A stretch of DNA of 64,000 bases from Paraspadella gotoi (GCA_051294375.1 CM119266.1:1865554-1929553); one strand, 5' to 3'. Positions 40,943 through 52,715 are shown, counted from the first letter of the stretch. Numbers and translations: made by a program. The notes: generated by a model from the sequence alone, not told the origin.

Positions 40943-43760
40943 ATGGACAAAGATGAATTTTTCGTTTCCCGTCTCTTTCCTTCTTTCCGGTTTCGCGCCG
41001 TCAACTCGCAGTACCCCTCAGTAATGGAAATAAAGGATTCCAATGTGAACGGGTAGGATTTCTAACTCAAATGTTTTTTTTAATTAAATTATATTATATA
41101 TAATTAACATAAATAATAAAAATATTTCAATTAGAATTTTTAGAATATAATGAGTGTTTCCCATATTAATATTTGTTTACAGAACAGAACAATTAAAGCA
41201 AAAAAAAAAATTAAGCATGCGATTTTTTGGTTAATCAAGTCGAATGTGAAAAATTTCCAAAATTTCTTGTTTCACTGTTTAAATTGTTTAGATTTTATTT
41301 CGTTTTAATTTTTCATTGTTTATGTCTCTCTTTTTAGTTTTATTTTTATTATTCGAATCTAATTAATATTTTAAAAAAATTAATAATTTGTTTTTTGCGT
41401 CAGAGGATTCGTCTTTCAAAAACATTTTGAACAAAAACCAACACAAATCGGTCAAGACTTACTTCCGTAACGAGTTAGAAAAAAGAAAAAGAAGAAACAC
41501 CCCCCTATGCGCTTCGCTCGTCCGCTTTCTTATTGGGAATCCTAGCCGTTGTTTCTCTCGGCGTCTGCTCCTTTGGTGATTTTTTTATGCCACTATGAAC
41601 AACTTAAATATTACTTAAAAAAAATATATTCAGTGAACCTTATCGGTAATGGGGAAGGAATGGATATTTTTTAAAACTTGATAATCACCATAGATATTTA
41701 AAGGAATACTAATTTGGGATGATAACTTTCCAATACATATCTCGTCCGTCTTTTTCTTTTCCGTCCTGTCTGAACTGTCCCGCTCTCCCTCACATCAGCC
41801 CCCCCTCCCCTCCTTTTCCTCTACCCCCACCTAACGCCTCACAATAAAGGACGGTACGACTGGCGCGTGGTTCATCTCCATTCCCGCTTCTTCTCTCCGG
41901 CGTCATGTCGCTGCACTTGCATGAATATCCCGAGCGGCAGCCAATCGTCTGGCCTCGATCAAGCGCTCTCTCTCCCTCTGTCGTCCTCCGCCGTCGTGGA
42001 CGATTGATCGCCATCGTCGGCTGCTGTTACGAAAATTTTGTTCCGTGTCGATTCTTCGCCGAGAAGAAAACCAGATTGTACGAGACAATGGAGTATCGGG
42101 CGAGGAACGACGGAAGGCGAGAAGCCACTGGTAGAGACGGACGAGCGGAACGGATTGAAGAATGATTTGGTCCGAGAGTAGAAAATAAAAAAAAACTAAT
42201 GGGGAAAAAATAAAATGTGTGTTATTCAGGTTAAAAAAATATATGTTGATAAAATTAATCGATGGCCTCAAAACTTGATAGCACTTAAACAATAAAAACA
42301 TTATAATCTCAAAAGAAAAAAAAATAAACCATCTATTAAATTTGGTTTCAGTTTTAAAAAATTATTATCATTGTAGTTTCAAAAAAAAAAAAAAAAAAAG
42401 AAACGCAACATCGAATCAAAATCACGATCAAAGTGAAAGTTTTTTTTTTATATATAATTCATAATGAACAATCCATGATTTATGGTCGAATTTTACATTG
42501 GGCTTTCAGGGCCTCGTTATCCCCTCCTACAACCACTTTCCCTTTCATCTAAAAAAACCCGGCCAGGTATCTCCTGCGTCTAACGTGAACTACCCTCACA
42601 CCCTCCTGCGGACCACGCGCGAGGTGGAATCCGACGAGTTCTGCTTCACGAGTCCAATCAAGCTGGCGACTTACGGATTCTTCAATGGATTCGAGGTGGA
42701 TGAAGATTGCAGGTCGCCGCCAAAGGGATATGCGGAGGAATAGATGGTAGGAAGGTGGAGGCGGAGGGGGGAGTGGTGGGAGAAAAGGGAGGAGCCATAT
42801 TGTGTTTATTGGTAATTTGTTATATTATTTGACACTCCTCCGTGTCATCTTCTGTCATCGCAGATCTGCACTAATTGGATCAGTCGTAGCGTGTCTGTAG
42901 ATTATGTCTCTGTGCACAATGCCAATTCGTGTGAAGTACGAACACGCTTTGTTCGTCCTGGTCATTTATTCCTTCAGTCTGGCTGTTTATTTTTCCCCCC
43001 GAATCTCTAAAAGTCCGTCTCTTCGTCAGACTCTTTTCTTGAATTCCCTCCAATTTCCTTCGACCCCATCTCGGCCGCCCGCCACGTCGCTTTCCCTTTC
43101 GAATAAAAGGTTAATTTAACCGACGCAATCAAGAATGTGGAGGGCCGGTGGGCGTGGAAAGGAAAGACTTCTTTCGGGGGGTGGGCGCCGGGTCGCAAAT
43201 CCGTCCGGGGAGATTCTCATTGCGGTTGGGAATCCACTGCGGGGGAGGGTTTCCCCGACAACAATGCTCGGTCTCACCGTCCCGACGTCCATATGCTGCG
43301 CCAACGGCTCCTCCTCACAGGCCTTGGCAGCGTCCTGCAATACCCCAGCAGTGCAGCGCTGCAGAGGCGGTCAAGTGCAAGCTTCCCGGAGTCCGTGCAA
43401 TGGTGAATTGAAGGGAAACCACATCAAATGGTCAAACACATATGTATGCGGCGTACAATCGTTGTTAAATGTATATCTATGATATGGTCTCAAATATTCT
43501 TAGTTTTTTGGATTAGCCAACAATATGGTGCTATGATTACTTTTCTTGTATCTTGTTTGGAAAGAAATTCATACATCGATCAGAGTAACAATATAAATTG
43601 TTCTCCATTTTATCAAATATTACGTTCACATAAGAATCAATTTAAAAAAAAAACAACAAAAAACAAACTAATTCTTCTCTCCGTAAATTCGCTTCAAGTC
43701 GAATACGTAACGATGTGTTCGAACACAGTTGTAATCTGCATCGCAAGAACCAAACTGCGT
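40943..43760 (+). pseudogene. Frameshifted duplicate of exons 1-6 of the 3TM-EGF gene (probably an assembly artefact rather than a true pseudogene)
   Basis: Collinear with 45617-48197 including introns (e.g. identical ESDEFCFTSPIKLATYGFFNGFEVDEDC), but with dense small indels, mostly insertions. Confidence 0.75.
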
Positions 43761-45616
43761 GTCAGTTCCCAACGAGAATCTTTAAAATAAATCATTTTGG
43801 GATTAAANNNNNNNNNNNNNNNNNNNNNNNNNTTTTTTTTTTTTTTATCTCGCCCAAAGACTCAATCCTCTTTCCATGCGGATTCATTTTTGTTTTTTCG
43901 TCTGTCTGTTTGAGTCTGGTCTGTCTGTTTGTCGGCGCATATGTCCGTGCGTCTGTTTCACGCTTCAAAGACGGAATAAATTTCGAAATTGGAAGCCGAA
44001 AAAAAAGTGAAAAGGGAGAAAAAATATTGCAAAGACGCAGGAATCGAGTGACATACATACATACATACATACATACCTACATACATACATACATACATAC
44101 ATACATACAGGAAAAGAGTGACATACATACTTTGACGAAGATGAGAAGTTAACTGAATATTGCTCGACTTAATAAACGTAGAATCAAGAGCATGGAAATC
44201 ATGTTACAGCATGACGTCAATTAACGGATGCCAACTAACTTTGGCATCACGTAAGCAATTACTATGGTTTCAATGACGTCAACGCAGCGCAGATTGGCGT
44301 TACGCCAACAAACGATTCCACGTCGTCAACAGACCGAGATTCACTCAACTTTTTCTCGAAGATTTAATGAGAGGCGGGNNNNNNNNNNNNNNNNNNNNNN
44401 NNNNNNNNNNNNNNNNNNNNNNNNNNNNNNNNNNNNNNNNNNNNNNNNNNNNNNNNNNNNNNNNNNNNNNNNNNNNNNNNNNNNNNNNNNNNNNNNNNNN
44501 NNNNNNNNNNNNNNNNNNNNNNNNNNNNNNNNNNNNNNNNNNNNNNNNNNNNNNNNNNNNNNNNNNNNNNNNNNNNNNNNNNNNNNNNNNNNNNNNNNNN
44601 NNNNNNNNNNNNNNNNNNNNNNNNNNNNNNNNNNNNNNNNNNNNNNNNNNNNNNNNNNNNNNNNNNNNNNNNNNNNNNNNNNNNNNNNNNNNNNNNNNNN
44701 NNNNNNNNNNNNNNNNNNNNNNNNNNNNNNNNNNNNNNNNNNNNNNNNNNNNNNNNNNNNNNNNNNNNNNNNNNNNNNNNNNNNNNNNNNNNNNNNNNNN
44801 NNNNNNNNNNNNNNNNNNNNNNNNNNNNNNNNNNNNNNNNNNNNNNNNNNNNNNNNNNNNNNNNNNNNNNNNNNNNNNNNNNNNNNNNNNNNNNNNNNNN
44901 NNNNNNNNNNNNNNNNNNNNNNNNNNNNNNNNNNNNNNNNNNNNNNNNNNNNNNNNNNNNNNNNNNNNNNNNNNNNNNNNNNNNNNNNNNNNNNNNNNNN
45001 NNNNNNNNNNNNNNNNNNNNNNNNNNNNNNNNNNNAAGACGATGAAGACGACAGACGACGACGACGACGACGACCTGCAGAATGGAAATGAGGCCTTCCG
45101 CCTCCGCGGATCGAATTAACTTGCAAAGTGACGAAATGGTAAAAAGTTCAAGTTTTTAATCGTTCAAATTGTATTAGATTAATTGATTTTTAATTTTATG
45201 AATACAATTGGAAAAAAATGAGGGAAAACTTGATACAAATACAAAAAAATCTTAACCTGATAGCTACATTGTAGAATTTAAAACTGTTTCTAAAAAAAAA
45301 AAAATCGGAGATTAGAAAGAAGATGTAAAAGCGAACAAAAGGCAATCGGCGATCGACTTTAAACGCGAAACCGGATACAGGGTTCATCGTTTAGAAATTA
45401 TAAATAATAAAACTAGTTCCCTGCTTCCCTGTATTACAGGACTAGATGAAACAAAAAGAACAGTTAGTCTGAGAAATTCATGGAACAAATTAATTAGACC
45501 AGAAAATTAAACTCGGGCATCTTTTAAAAAACCAATTATCGAGGCCAACCATCGAGGCCAATAATCAAACCCAATAATCAAACCCAATAATCAAACGGAA
45601 TCGACCCAAAACGACG

Positions 45617-45716
45617 ATGGACAAAGATGAATTTTCGTTTCCTCTTCTTTCTTCTTTCGGTTTCGCCGCCGTCACTCGCAGACTCAGTAATCGGAATAAA
45701 GGATCCAATGTGAACG
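45617..45716 (+). CDS. Exon 1 of the 3TM-EGF gene (MDKDEFSFPLLSSFGFAAVTRRLSNRNKGSNVN)
   Basis: ATG at 45617, open frame, donor G|GTAGGA at 45717 in phase 1 matching the exon-2 acceptor. Confidence 0.7.
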
Positions 45717-48700
45717 GTAGGATTTCTACTCAAATGTTTTTTAATTAAATTATATTATATTATGTTAACATAAATAATAAATTATTTCATTAGAATTTTT
45801 TAGAATATAATGAAGTGTTTCCATATTAATATTTGTTTACAGAACAGAACAATTTAGCAAAAAAAAAATTAAGATGCATTTTGGTTAATCAAGTCGAATG
45901 TGAAAATTTCAAAATTTCTTGTTTCACTTTTTAAATTGTTTAGATTTATTTCGTTTTATTTCCATTGTTTATGTCTCTCTTTTATTTTTATTTTAATTAT
46001 CGAAATCTAATAATATTTTAAAAAAATTATAATTTGTTTTTGCGTCAGAGGATTCGTCTTTCAAACATTTGAACAAAAACAACAACAAAATCGGTCAAAC
46101 TTCTTCCGACGAGTTAGAAAAGAAAAAGAAGAAACACCCCCATGCGGCTTCGCTCGTCGCTTTCTTATTGGGAATCTTAGCCGTTGTTCTCTCAGGCGTC
46201 TGCTCTTGGTGATTTTGATACCACTATGAACATACTTTGAAATATTACTTAAAAAAATAATTCAGGAAACCTTATCGGTAATGGGAAGGAATGGAATATT
46301 TTTTAAAACTTGATAATCAACCATAGAATTTAGGATACTAATTTGGATGATAACTTTCAATACATATCTCTCCGTCTTTTTCTGTCCGTCTGTCTGACTG
46401 TCCCGCTCTCCCTCCCTCCTTTCTCTACCCCCACCCCTAACGCCTCACGAATAAAAGGTACTGGTACGACTGGCCGTGGTTCATCTCCATTCCCGCTCTT
46501 CTCTCCGGCGTCATGTCGCTCACTTGCATGGAATATCCCGAGCGCGCCATCGTCTGGGCCTCGATCAGCGCCTCTCTCTCTGTCGTCTCGCTCTCGTGGA
46601 CGATTTCGGCCATCGTCCTCTGTTACGAATTTTGTCCGTGTCGATTCTTCGCCGAGAAGAAACAGATGTACAGACAGATGGAGTATCGGGCGAGGACGAC
46701 GGAAGGCGAGAGCCACTGGTAGAGACGACGAGCGGACGATTGAGAAATGATTTTGGTCGAGAGTAGAAAAAAAAAAGACTAATGGGGAAAAAAAATAAAA
46801 TGTGTGTTATTCAGGTTAAAAAAAATAATGTTTGATAAAATTAATCGATGGCCTCAAAACTTGATAGCCTTAAAACAAAATTAAACATTATAAATCTCAA
46901 AAAAAGAAAAAAAACAAATCTATTAATTTTTTTCAGTTTTAAAAATTATTATCATTGTAGTTTTTCAAAAAAAAAAAAAAAAAAAAACCAACATCGAAAT
47001 CAAATCACGATCAAAGTGAAAGTTTTTTTTTTATTTATATATATATTCATAAATGAAACAATCCATGATTTAGGTCGAATGTACATTGGGCTTCGCCTCG
47101 GTTAATTACCCTCCTACCCTTCCCCTTTCATCTAACCCGGTATCCCTGCGTCTACGTGAACTACCCCCCCCTCCCCGCGACCGCGGCCGAGGTGGAATCA
47201 GACGAGTTCTGCTTCACGAGTCCAATCAAGCTGGCGACTTACGGATTCTTCAATGGATTCGAGGTGGATGAAGATTGCAGGTCGCCGCCAAAAGGGATAT
47301 GTCGGAGGATAGACTGGTTAGGGTGGAGGGAGGGGGGAGTGGTGGGAGAAGCAGGGAGGAGCCATATTTGTGTTATTGTGTACAATTTTTTATATATATT
47401 TGACACTCTCTCCGTGTCATCTTTCTGTCTCGCAGTCTGCCTGATTGATTGTCCGTCTGTCTGTTTTATGTCTCTGTCTGCCAATTCGTGAGTACACGTT
47501 TGTCAGTCTGTCAGTTTATCCTTCAGTCTGCCTGTTTATTTTTCCCCGAATCTCTAAAAGTCCGTCTCTCGTCAGACTCTTTCTGATCCCTCCAATTCCT
47601 TCGACCCCATCTCGGCCGCCCCGCCCGTCGCTTTCCCCTTTCGAAATAAAAGGTTATTTAACCGACGCAATCAAGAATTGAGGGGCCGGTGGGCGTGGAA
47701 AGGAAAGAACTTCTTCGGTGGGCGCGGTCGCATCCGTCCGGGAGATCATTGCAGGTTGGGATCCGACTGCGAGGGTTTCCCCGACAACAAATGCTTCGGT
47801 CTCACCGTCCACGACTCCATCTGCGCCAACGGCTCCTCACAGGCCTTCGGCAGCGCCTGCAATTACACCCAGCAGTGCAGCGCTGCAGAAGCGGTCAAGT
47901 GCAAGCTTCCGGAGTCGTGCAACGGTGATTGAAGGGAAACCACATCAATGTTCAAACACATATGTAATGCGGCGTGACAATTTGTTAAATGATATGGTCT
48001 CAAACATTCTTAGTTTTTTGTTACCATTTATTCAGATTTCCTTTTTTGGAAAGAAATTCATACATCGATTCAGAGTACCAAAAATAAATTGTTCTCCTTT
48101 CACAACAAAAAACAAACTAATTTCTCCGTCAATTCGCTTTCAGTCGAATACGTAACGATGTGTTCCGAACACATCTGCATCGCAAGAACCAACTGCGGTA
48201 AGTTCCAACGAGAATTGCTTAAAATATGCATTTTGGATTAAGAGATTGAAATCGCTCAAACGTCCCCAGGACATCATCACACTTCGCCGGACAATCCAGC
48301 TCCGCACAACTGTCGTCCAGAATGCTCCTGCTGCGGCGGCTGCGAAAAGTGAGAGCTGCTTACTAATTTTAGTAACATGAAGTTCGTTTTTTTTTTAAAC
48401 ACGATCTCAAATCTTCGGTTTAAGTTTCTTTCCTTTTCCAATTCTTTTCTTCCCGCTCCCGCCGCGCCAAGACGCGGCCAATGCGTCTACAGCGGCGGCG
48501 GGAGCTGGGAATGCCGCTGCGGCTTCGGCTCCTTCGGTCCGCACTGCAAGTACTTCGTCGACAGCAGGAACGCTCCGGGCGCGAACGCCTCTCAGTCCGG
48601 CATGTGCGGCTACATGGCCGGACTGTGCGAGAACGGGGGGAAATGCGTCGCGTCGAAGGAGAATCTGTTTGGATTTCGGTGTCAATGCAAAGAAGGATTC

Positions 48701-48763
48701 GACGGGTTGTACTGCGATAATAAGAAGAGAAAGGGGACCGAGGAAAAGAGCTCGACTTTATGA
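45617..48763 (+). CDS. Spliced gene (8 exons, 452 aa): three N-terminal TM helices, Cys-rich ectodomain and two C-terminal EGF-like domains
   Basis: Exons 45617-45716, 46049-46208, 46458-46718, 47140-47280, 47653-47924, 48144-48197, 48270-48348 and 48472-48763 join with matching intron phases (1,2,2,2,1,1,2) into a stop-free 1359-nt frame. All donors are GT and 6 of 7 acceptors are AG; the exon-4 acceptor reads CG here but AG in the upstream copy. The start is in good Kozak context (ACGATGG) with an in-frame TAA upstream at 45575. Confidence 0.85.
46049..46208 (+). CDS. Exon 2 of the 3TM-EGF gene (basic patch KKKKK, then TM1 AASLVAFLLGILAVVLSGVCSW)
   Basis: Acceptor TTTTTGCGTCAG|AG, donor TG|GTGATT, open frame, hydrophobic helix preceded by lysines. 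Confidence 0.8.
46458..46718 (+). CDS. Exon 3 of the 3TM-EGF gene (TM2 WPWFISIPALLSGVMSLTCM, TM3 AIVWASISASLSVVSLSWTISAIVLCY)
   Basis: Acceptor ATAAAAG|G, donor TG|GTAGAG; contains ORF-track entry 46513-46722 in the same frame; GC-rich coding-like composition. Confidence 0.8.
47140..47280 (+). CDS. Exon 4 of the 3TM-EGF gene (YPCVYVNYPPLPATAAEVESDEFCFTSPIKLATYGFFNGFEVDEDC)
   Basis: Frame of ORF 47156-47491; donor AG|GTCGCC; 5' boundary inferred from phase and from CCAG|GTAT in the duplicate copy at 42563-42570. Confidence 0.75.
47653..47924 (+). CDS. Exon 5 of the 3TM-EGF gene (Cys-rich, N-glycosylation sequons NGS and NYT)
   Basis: Acceptor ATAAAAG|G, donor G|GTGATT; frame of ORF 47678-47932 (GDHCRLGSDC...FGSACNYTQQC). 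Confidence 0.85.
48144..48197 (+). CDS. Exon 6 of the 3TM-EGF gene (VEYVTMCSEHICIARTNC)
   Basis: Canonical TTTCAG| acceptor and |GTAAGT donor; 54-nt phase-1/1 exon. Confidence 0.85.
48270..48348 (+). CDS. Exon 7 of the 3TM-EGF gene (GHHHTSPDNPAPHNCRPECSCCGGCE)
   Basis: CCCCAG| acceptor and |GTGAGA donor; supplies the first cysteines of EGF repeat 1. Confidence 0.85.
48472..48763 (+). CDS. Exon 8 (terminal) of the 3TM-EGF gene: two EGF-like domains
   Basis: CVYSGGGSWECRCGFGSFGPHC and CGYMAGLCENGGKCVASKENLFGFRCQCKEGFDGLYC match the EGF signature C-x-C-x2-G-x2-3-G-x2-C, and the second has C-x-NGG-x-C. Pyrimidine tract plus AAG acceptor; TGA at 48761-48763. Confidence 0.93.
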
Positions 48764-49843
48764 AACAATTCATAAATTGTAATAGATGTGAGATTAAGAA
48801 GAGAATAAAGAGGCATTGATAAAAGGTTTTTTTTTAAATTTTCTTGTCGCTAATATTGATCCTCGCCCTAACCGAAGGGTAACAGGGCAAAAAACAAACA
48901 CAGCCGACTGGAAAAAACCAAGCAGACTGATCAATCTATCACGCGTCCGAATGACCAGGCAAGATTGACCCGGACAAACTAATTCGATTTCAACTGGCCC
49001 AGACTGAATGATTGATTGATTCATGGACCGACCGACCAATCGAGTTCAACCCAGACTGTCCAAACGGCCCAGACAGACCGGCCCGGTTCGTCGAGAGCGT
49101 CACAACGAACTTCGCATAATCGGCATAAACCAACGCGACGCGCTCAGAGATCAGCGCTCTCTCTCTCTCTCTCTCTCTCATCTGGACCTCTCTTCTTCTC
49201 CTCTCTCTCCTCTTCCTGTCTCGTCTCTCTCTCCTCTCCCCTCTCTGTTTTCTCTCTCGTTTCCAGCGAGCATTCGGCGTCGGGCGACGTTAATGAGGCG
49301 TCGCCAGTGAAAGCGTCGCCGATGAAATACGAGGACGCATAAAAAAAGGGGGGAACGAAAGAGGGGGGGAAGAGTCGATAGAGGGCGACGATGCGGTGAC
49401 TATTAATGATTATTGTTATTCACCATAGTAGTACATAGTATTTATCATATTAGTTTATTTATGATAATGTGGACGCAACAATACCTGTTTTTTTAAAATT
49501 TTTATCATTAATGAGTAAAAATTTAAATCTTTTCTATAATTTTCCAAAAGATTAATAGTTTAACCCCAGAGTATTTTATATTTCTTTATTTAGTACTGTA
49601 TTTTATCTCAATTTCATCTTAAATTTAGGTTATTATTAAATTTATTAAATATATTTAATTAACAGTGTTGCGCCGCATAAAAAAAATAAAGCCTCGCTTA
49701 GGACGTTAACCTGACACGGCCCGATGCCAAGACTCTTTCTCTTTCACTCATTATCTGACTCGGTATACAGAGTGGGAAAAAGAACTCGGAATAAGTCTAA
49801 CGACCAAGTTTGTATGTTATGCGCTTAGAGAGGATGAAATGTG

Positions 49844-49909
<66 letters not shown>

Positions 49910-50323
49910 CCATGCGATTTGCACGCGCAATACGAGAGAGGATTACGTCGATAAACCGGGAGGCAAAACCCGGACATGAAATTGTGTGTGAGAGAGTGAG
50001 AGAGAGATAGGAGAGAAAAGGGAGAGAGCGAGAAATAGATATATAGAGAGAAAGAATAGAAAAGAAGAAAAAGAGGTTCGAGATAGCAAAGAACAGCGAC
50101 AGAACACAAATGAATGCAATGGGGGGAAAATGAAGATGGAGAGAGAGAGGTGCAAGACATTGGAGAGTGTGAAAGGAGAAAAAGTAGAGAGAGAGGGAGA
50201 CCGAGAGAGAAAAAATGAAAGAGAGAGAGAGAGGGAGAGCAAGCGGCCTTCATTTTTTACGGGCAGAATCATCGAAGCCTCTGACCTCACCGCTGTGATA
50301 TCGAAGGTCACTGGATGGAAAAA

Positions 50324-50468
<145 letters not shown>

Positions 50469-50953
50469 AGATTCCATGTTTTACGAGACAGAGCAGGTTG
50501 GGCATGGGACGACTAAAAATAGCAGGCCAAGAAAAAGGTTAAAGAAAAGAGGAAAAAGTTGAAAAAGATTAAGACGAGAAGGAGAGGTAAAAAGAAAGAT
50601 AAAGAAGGAGAAAGAAAGAAGAAGAAAATGAAGAAAGAAGAATGAAAAAGATTAAGACGAGAAGGAGAGGTGAAAAGATAGATAAAGAAGGAGAAAGAAA
50701 GAAGAAGAAAATGAAGAAAGAAGAAGGAAAAAAGAAATAGCGCTTGTTAATTAAATGAATGGATTATATTTATATTAGTTTATTTATATATGTCATATAT
50801 TATTATTATTATTATTATATTATTTATTATATTATTATTATATATTATATATTATATATTTATTTATATAGAAAAAAAAATAAAAACATCCAGGTCTCAG
50901 GATGAGAAAAATGGGATAAGAAATAAAGCTTGGTCGGTGAATAAAGACGATTA

Positions 50954-51037
<84 letters not shown>

Positions 51038-52595
51038 TCTCTCTCTAATTAATTTCTTTTCATTTTTCCCTCGGAATTCTCTTCGAGGGAGTTTGCCATT
51101 TCTTTTCCTTCTCGCCTTTCGGCCCTCGCCTATTGTCCTCTCAAACTCAAATTCCGATTTCAAGTCTCATGTTTTCAAATTTGAATAAAAGTTCAAAGTT
51201 GCTTCTTTTCAGGTTCTCTCCAGATCTACTGAGAGCGAAGTCTCCAACTTATGTGGATTAAAAATCCGCGATCTTAAGCCCATTGTCGTCAACAACAACG
51301 AAGACAACAACAATAACAACGATGACAACGAAGACTTATCAGACAGGGAAACCCAGATTTGGTCGTGATACTATAAAGAAACTATGATCTACTAATAAGA
51401 CAATAATCTCATCTAAGGTCATACCAACGAATTAAGACCGAGCCTAAAATGTGCTTTCAAACAGCCACAAGGCAGATTTGGCCAAAGCCAACCCTGCGCC
51501 ACCGTCTTCTATTTAGCCAGATTCTGTAGATGGCGCCATTGATTCCGCGATCGAAAATTTGGCGAGGCGCCCAAGATTTGGCAATGGCGCCTCAGTTTTC
51601 GGAATAGCACCGGCGAGAAAGATTTGGCAGTGGCGTCGTCGATTCGTCAGAAACGCCTGCCGCTGCCGCCTGCCTTCTCCTGCCGCCGCCTGCCGCCGCC
51701 TGCCGCCGCCGCTTATAGGGCCGTCAGAAAACATCATTTTCCTCGAACGGGTTTAGATCAAATTTTCCCAAAGCGATATCTTGTTTTGGGTGCCTCTTTT
51801 ATGGGGCACCTGTTCCCGTCGCGTTCTGAATAGGGTGCTTGGTTTAAGAATCGCCAGATTTTGCAGCATTTTGTGATGATCATCTTTTAGAGTTTGTTCA
51901 CTCGACTAAATCGAAGCTGCAGTTTTGGTCGATTCAATTAACTATGAAATTGGCACAACCAATATAAAAATTATCCATTAATTTGATAAATAAGCTATCT
52001 TGCCCCTGACTTTGGACAGGCTTTGGTGGTTTAAGGCCTCCATCACTCTTACAAGATAATGACATAGCAAGTCCCTGCAAGCTTTCAATCAACGACTCTC
52101 TCTCTATCTTATTCACGAAATGTCTGCTTCTTTTCATCCTGTGAAAGAACTTAATATCAGTTGAACTCTTTCTCTTCTCTCTTAATATAACTTAATATAA
52201 CTTAATATAACTTAATATTACCTAATATAAGTAGAACTCTCTTTCTCTCCTCCCTTAAAGTTTTCTCAGTAACTCAGCAAATAATATTTAAATTATCACT
52301 CGCCGGTTATACTAATCCGTGATGGACGTCGCTTTTTAATTCCTACTTAATACGTCATGGGAAATGTCAATACTGGTCGACACTTTTTATTTTTTTAAAC
52401 GAATTAAGTAGAAATTAACATTTTTTTCCCTTTCATTTGGTAAAACGACGTCAGTGGCAGGCTATCAATTATTCTCTCATTTCCTTTCTTTCCTCTGTTT
52501 TCCTTCCTCTCCAATTACTTTTCTATCCCTTTCTGTTTTCTTTTCCCGATCCTTTCTCATATTCTTCTCTTTCCCCCTCTCTCTTAACCGCCGTG

Positions 52596-52715
<120 letters not shown>

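Larger units (their letters stand above)
38600..48240 (+). repeat. Tandem segmental duplication of about 4.4-5.2 kb (copy 1 about 38600-43807, copy 2 about 43850-48240) joined by a 25-N gap
   Basis: Shared landmarks in the same order: CCTCTTTCCATGCGGA, (TACA)n, (GAC)n, CCTGCAGAATGGAA(A)TGAGGCCTTCCGCC, gene exons, CATTTTGG(G)ATTAA. Confidence 0.9.

Noticed and set aside
48472-48763. Assignment to Notch, Delta or Crumbs
   Set aside because: Only two EGF repeats, no DSL, LNR or LamG domain, no calcium-binding consensus and the wrong topology; no gene symbol given.
51343-51495. Possible hAT MITE (CAGGG...CCAGAT to GCCAACCCTG)
   Set aside because: The terminal match is only about 5 bp and there is no convincing TSD.
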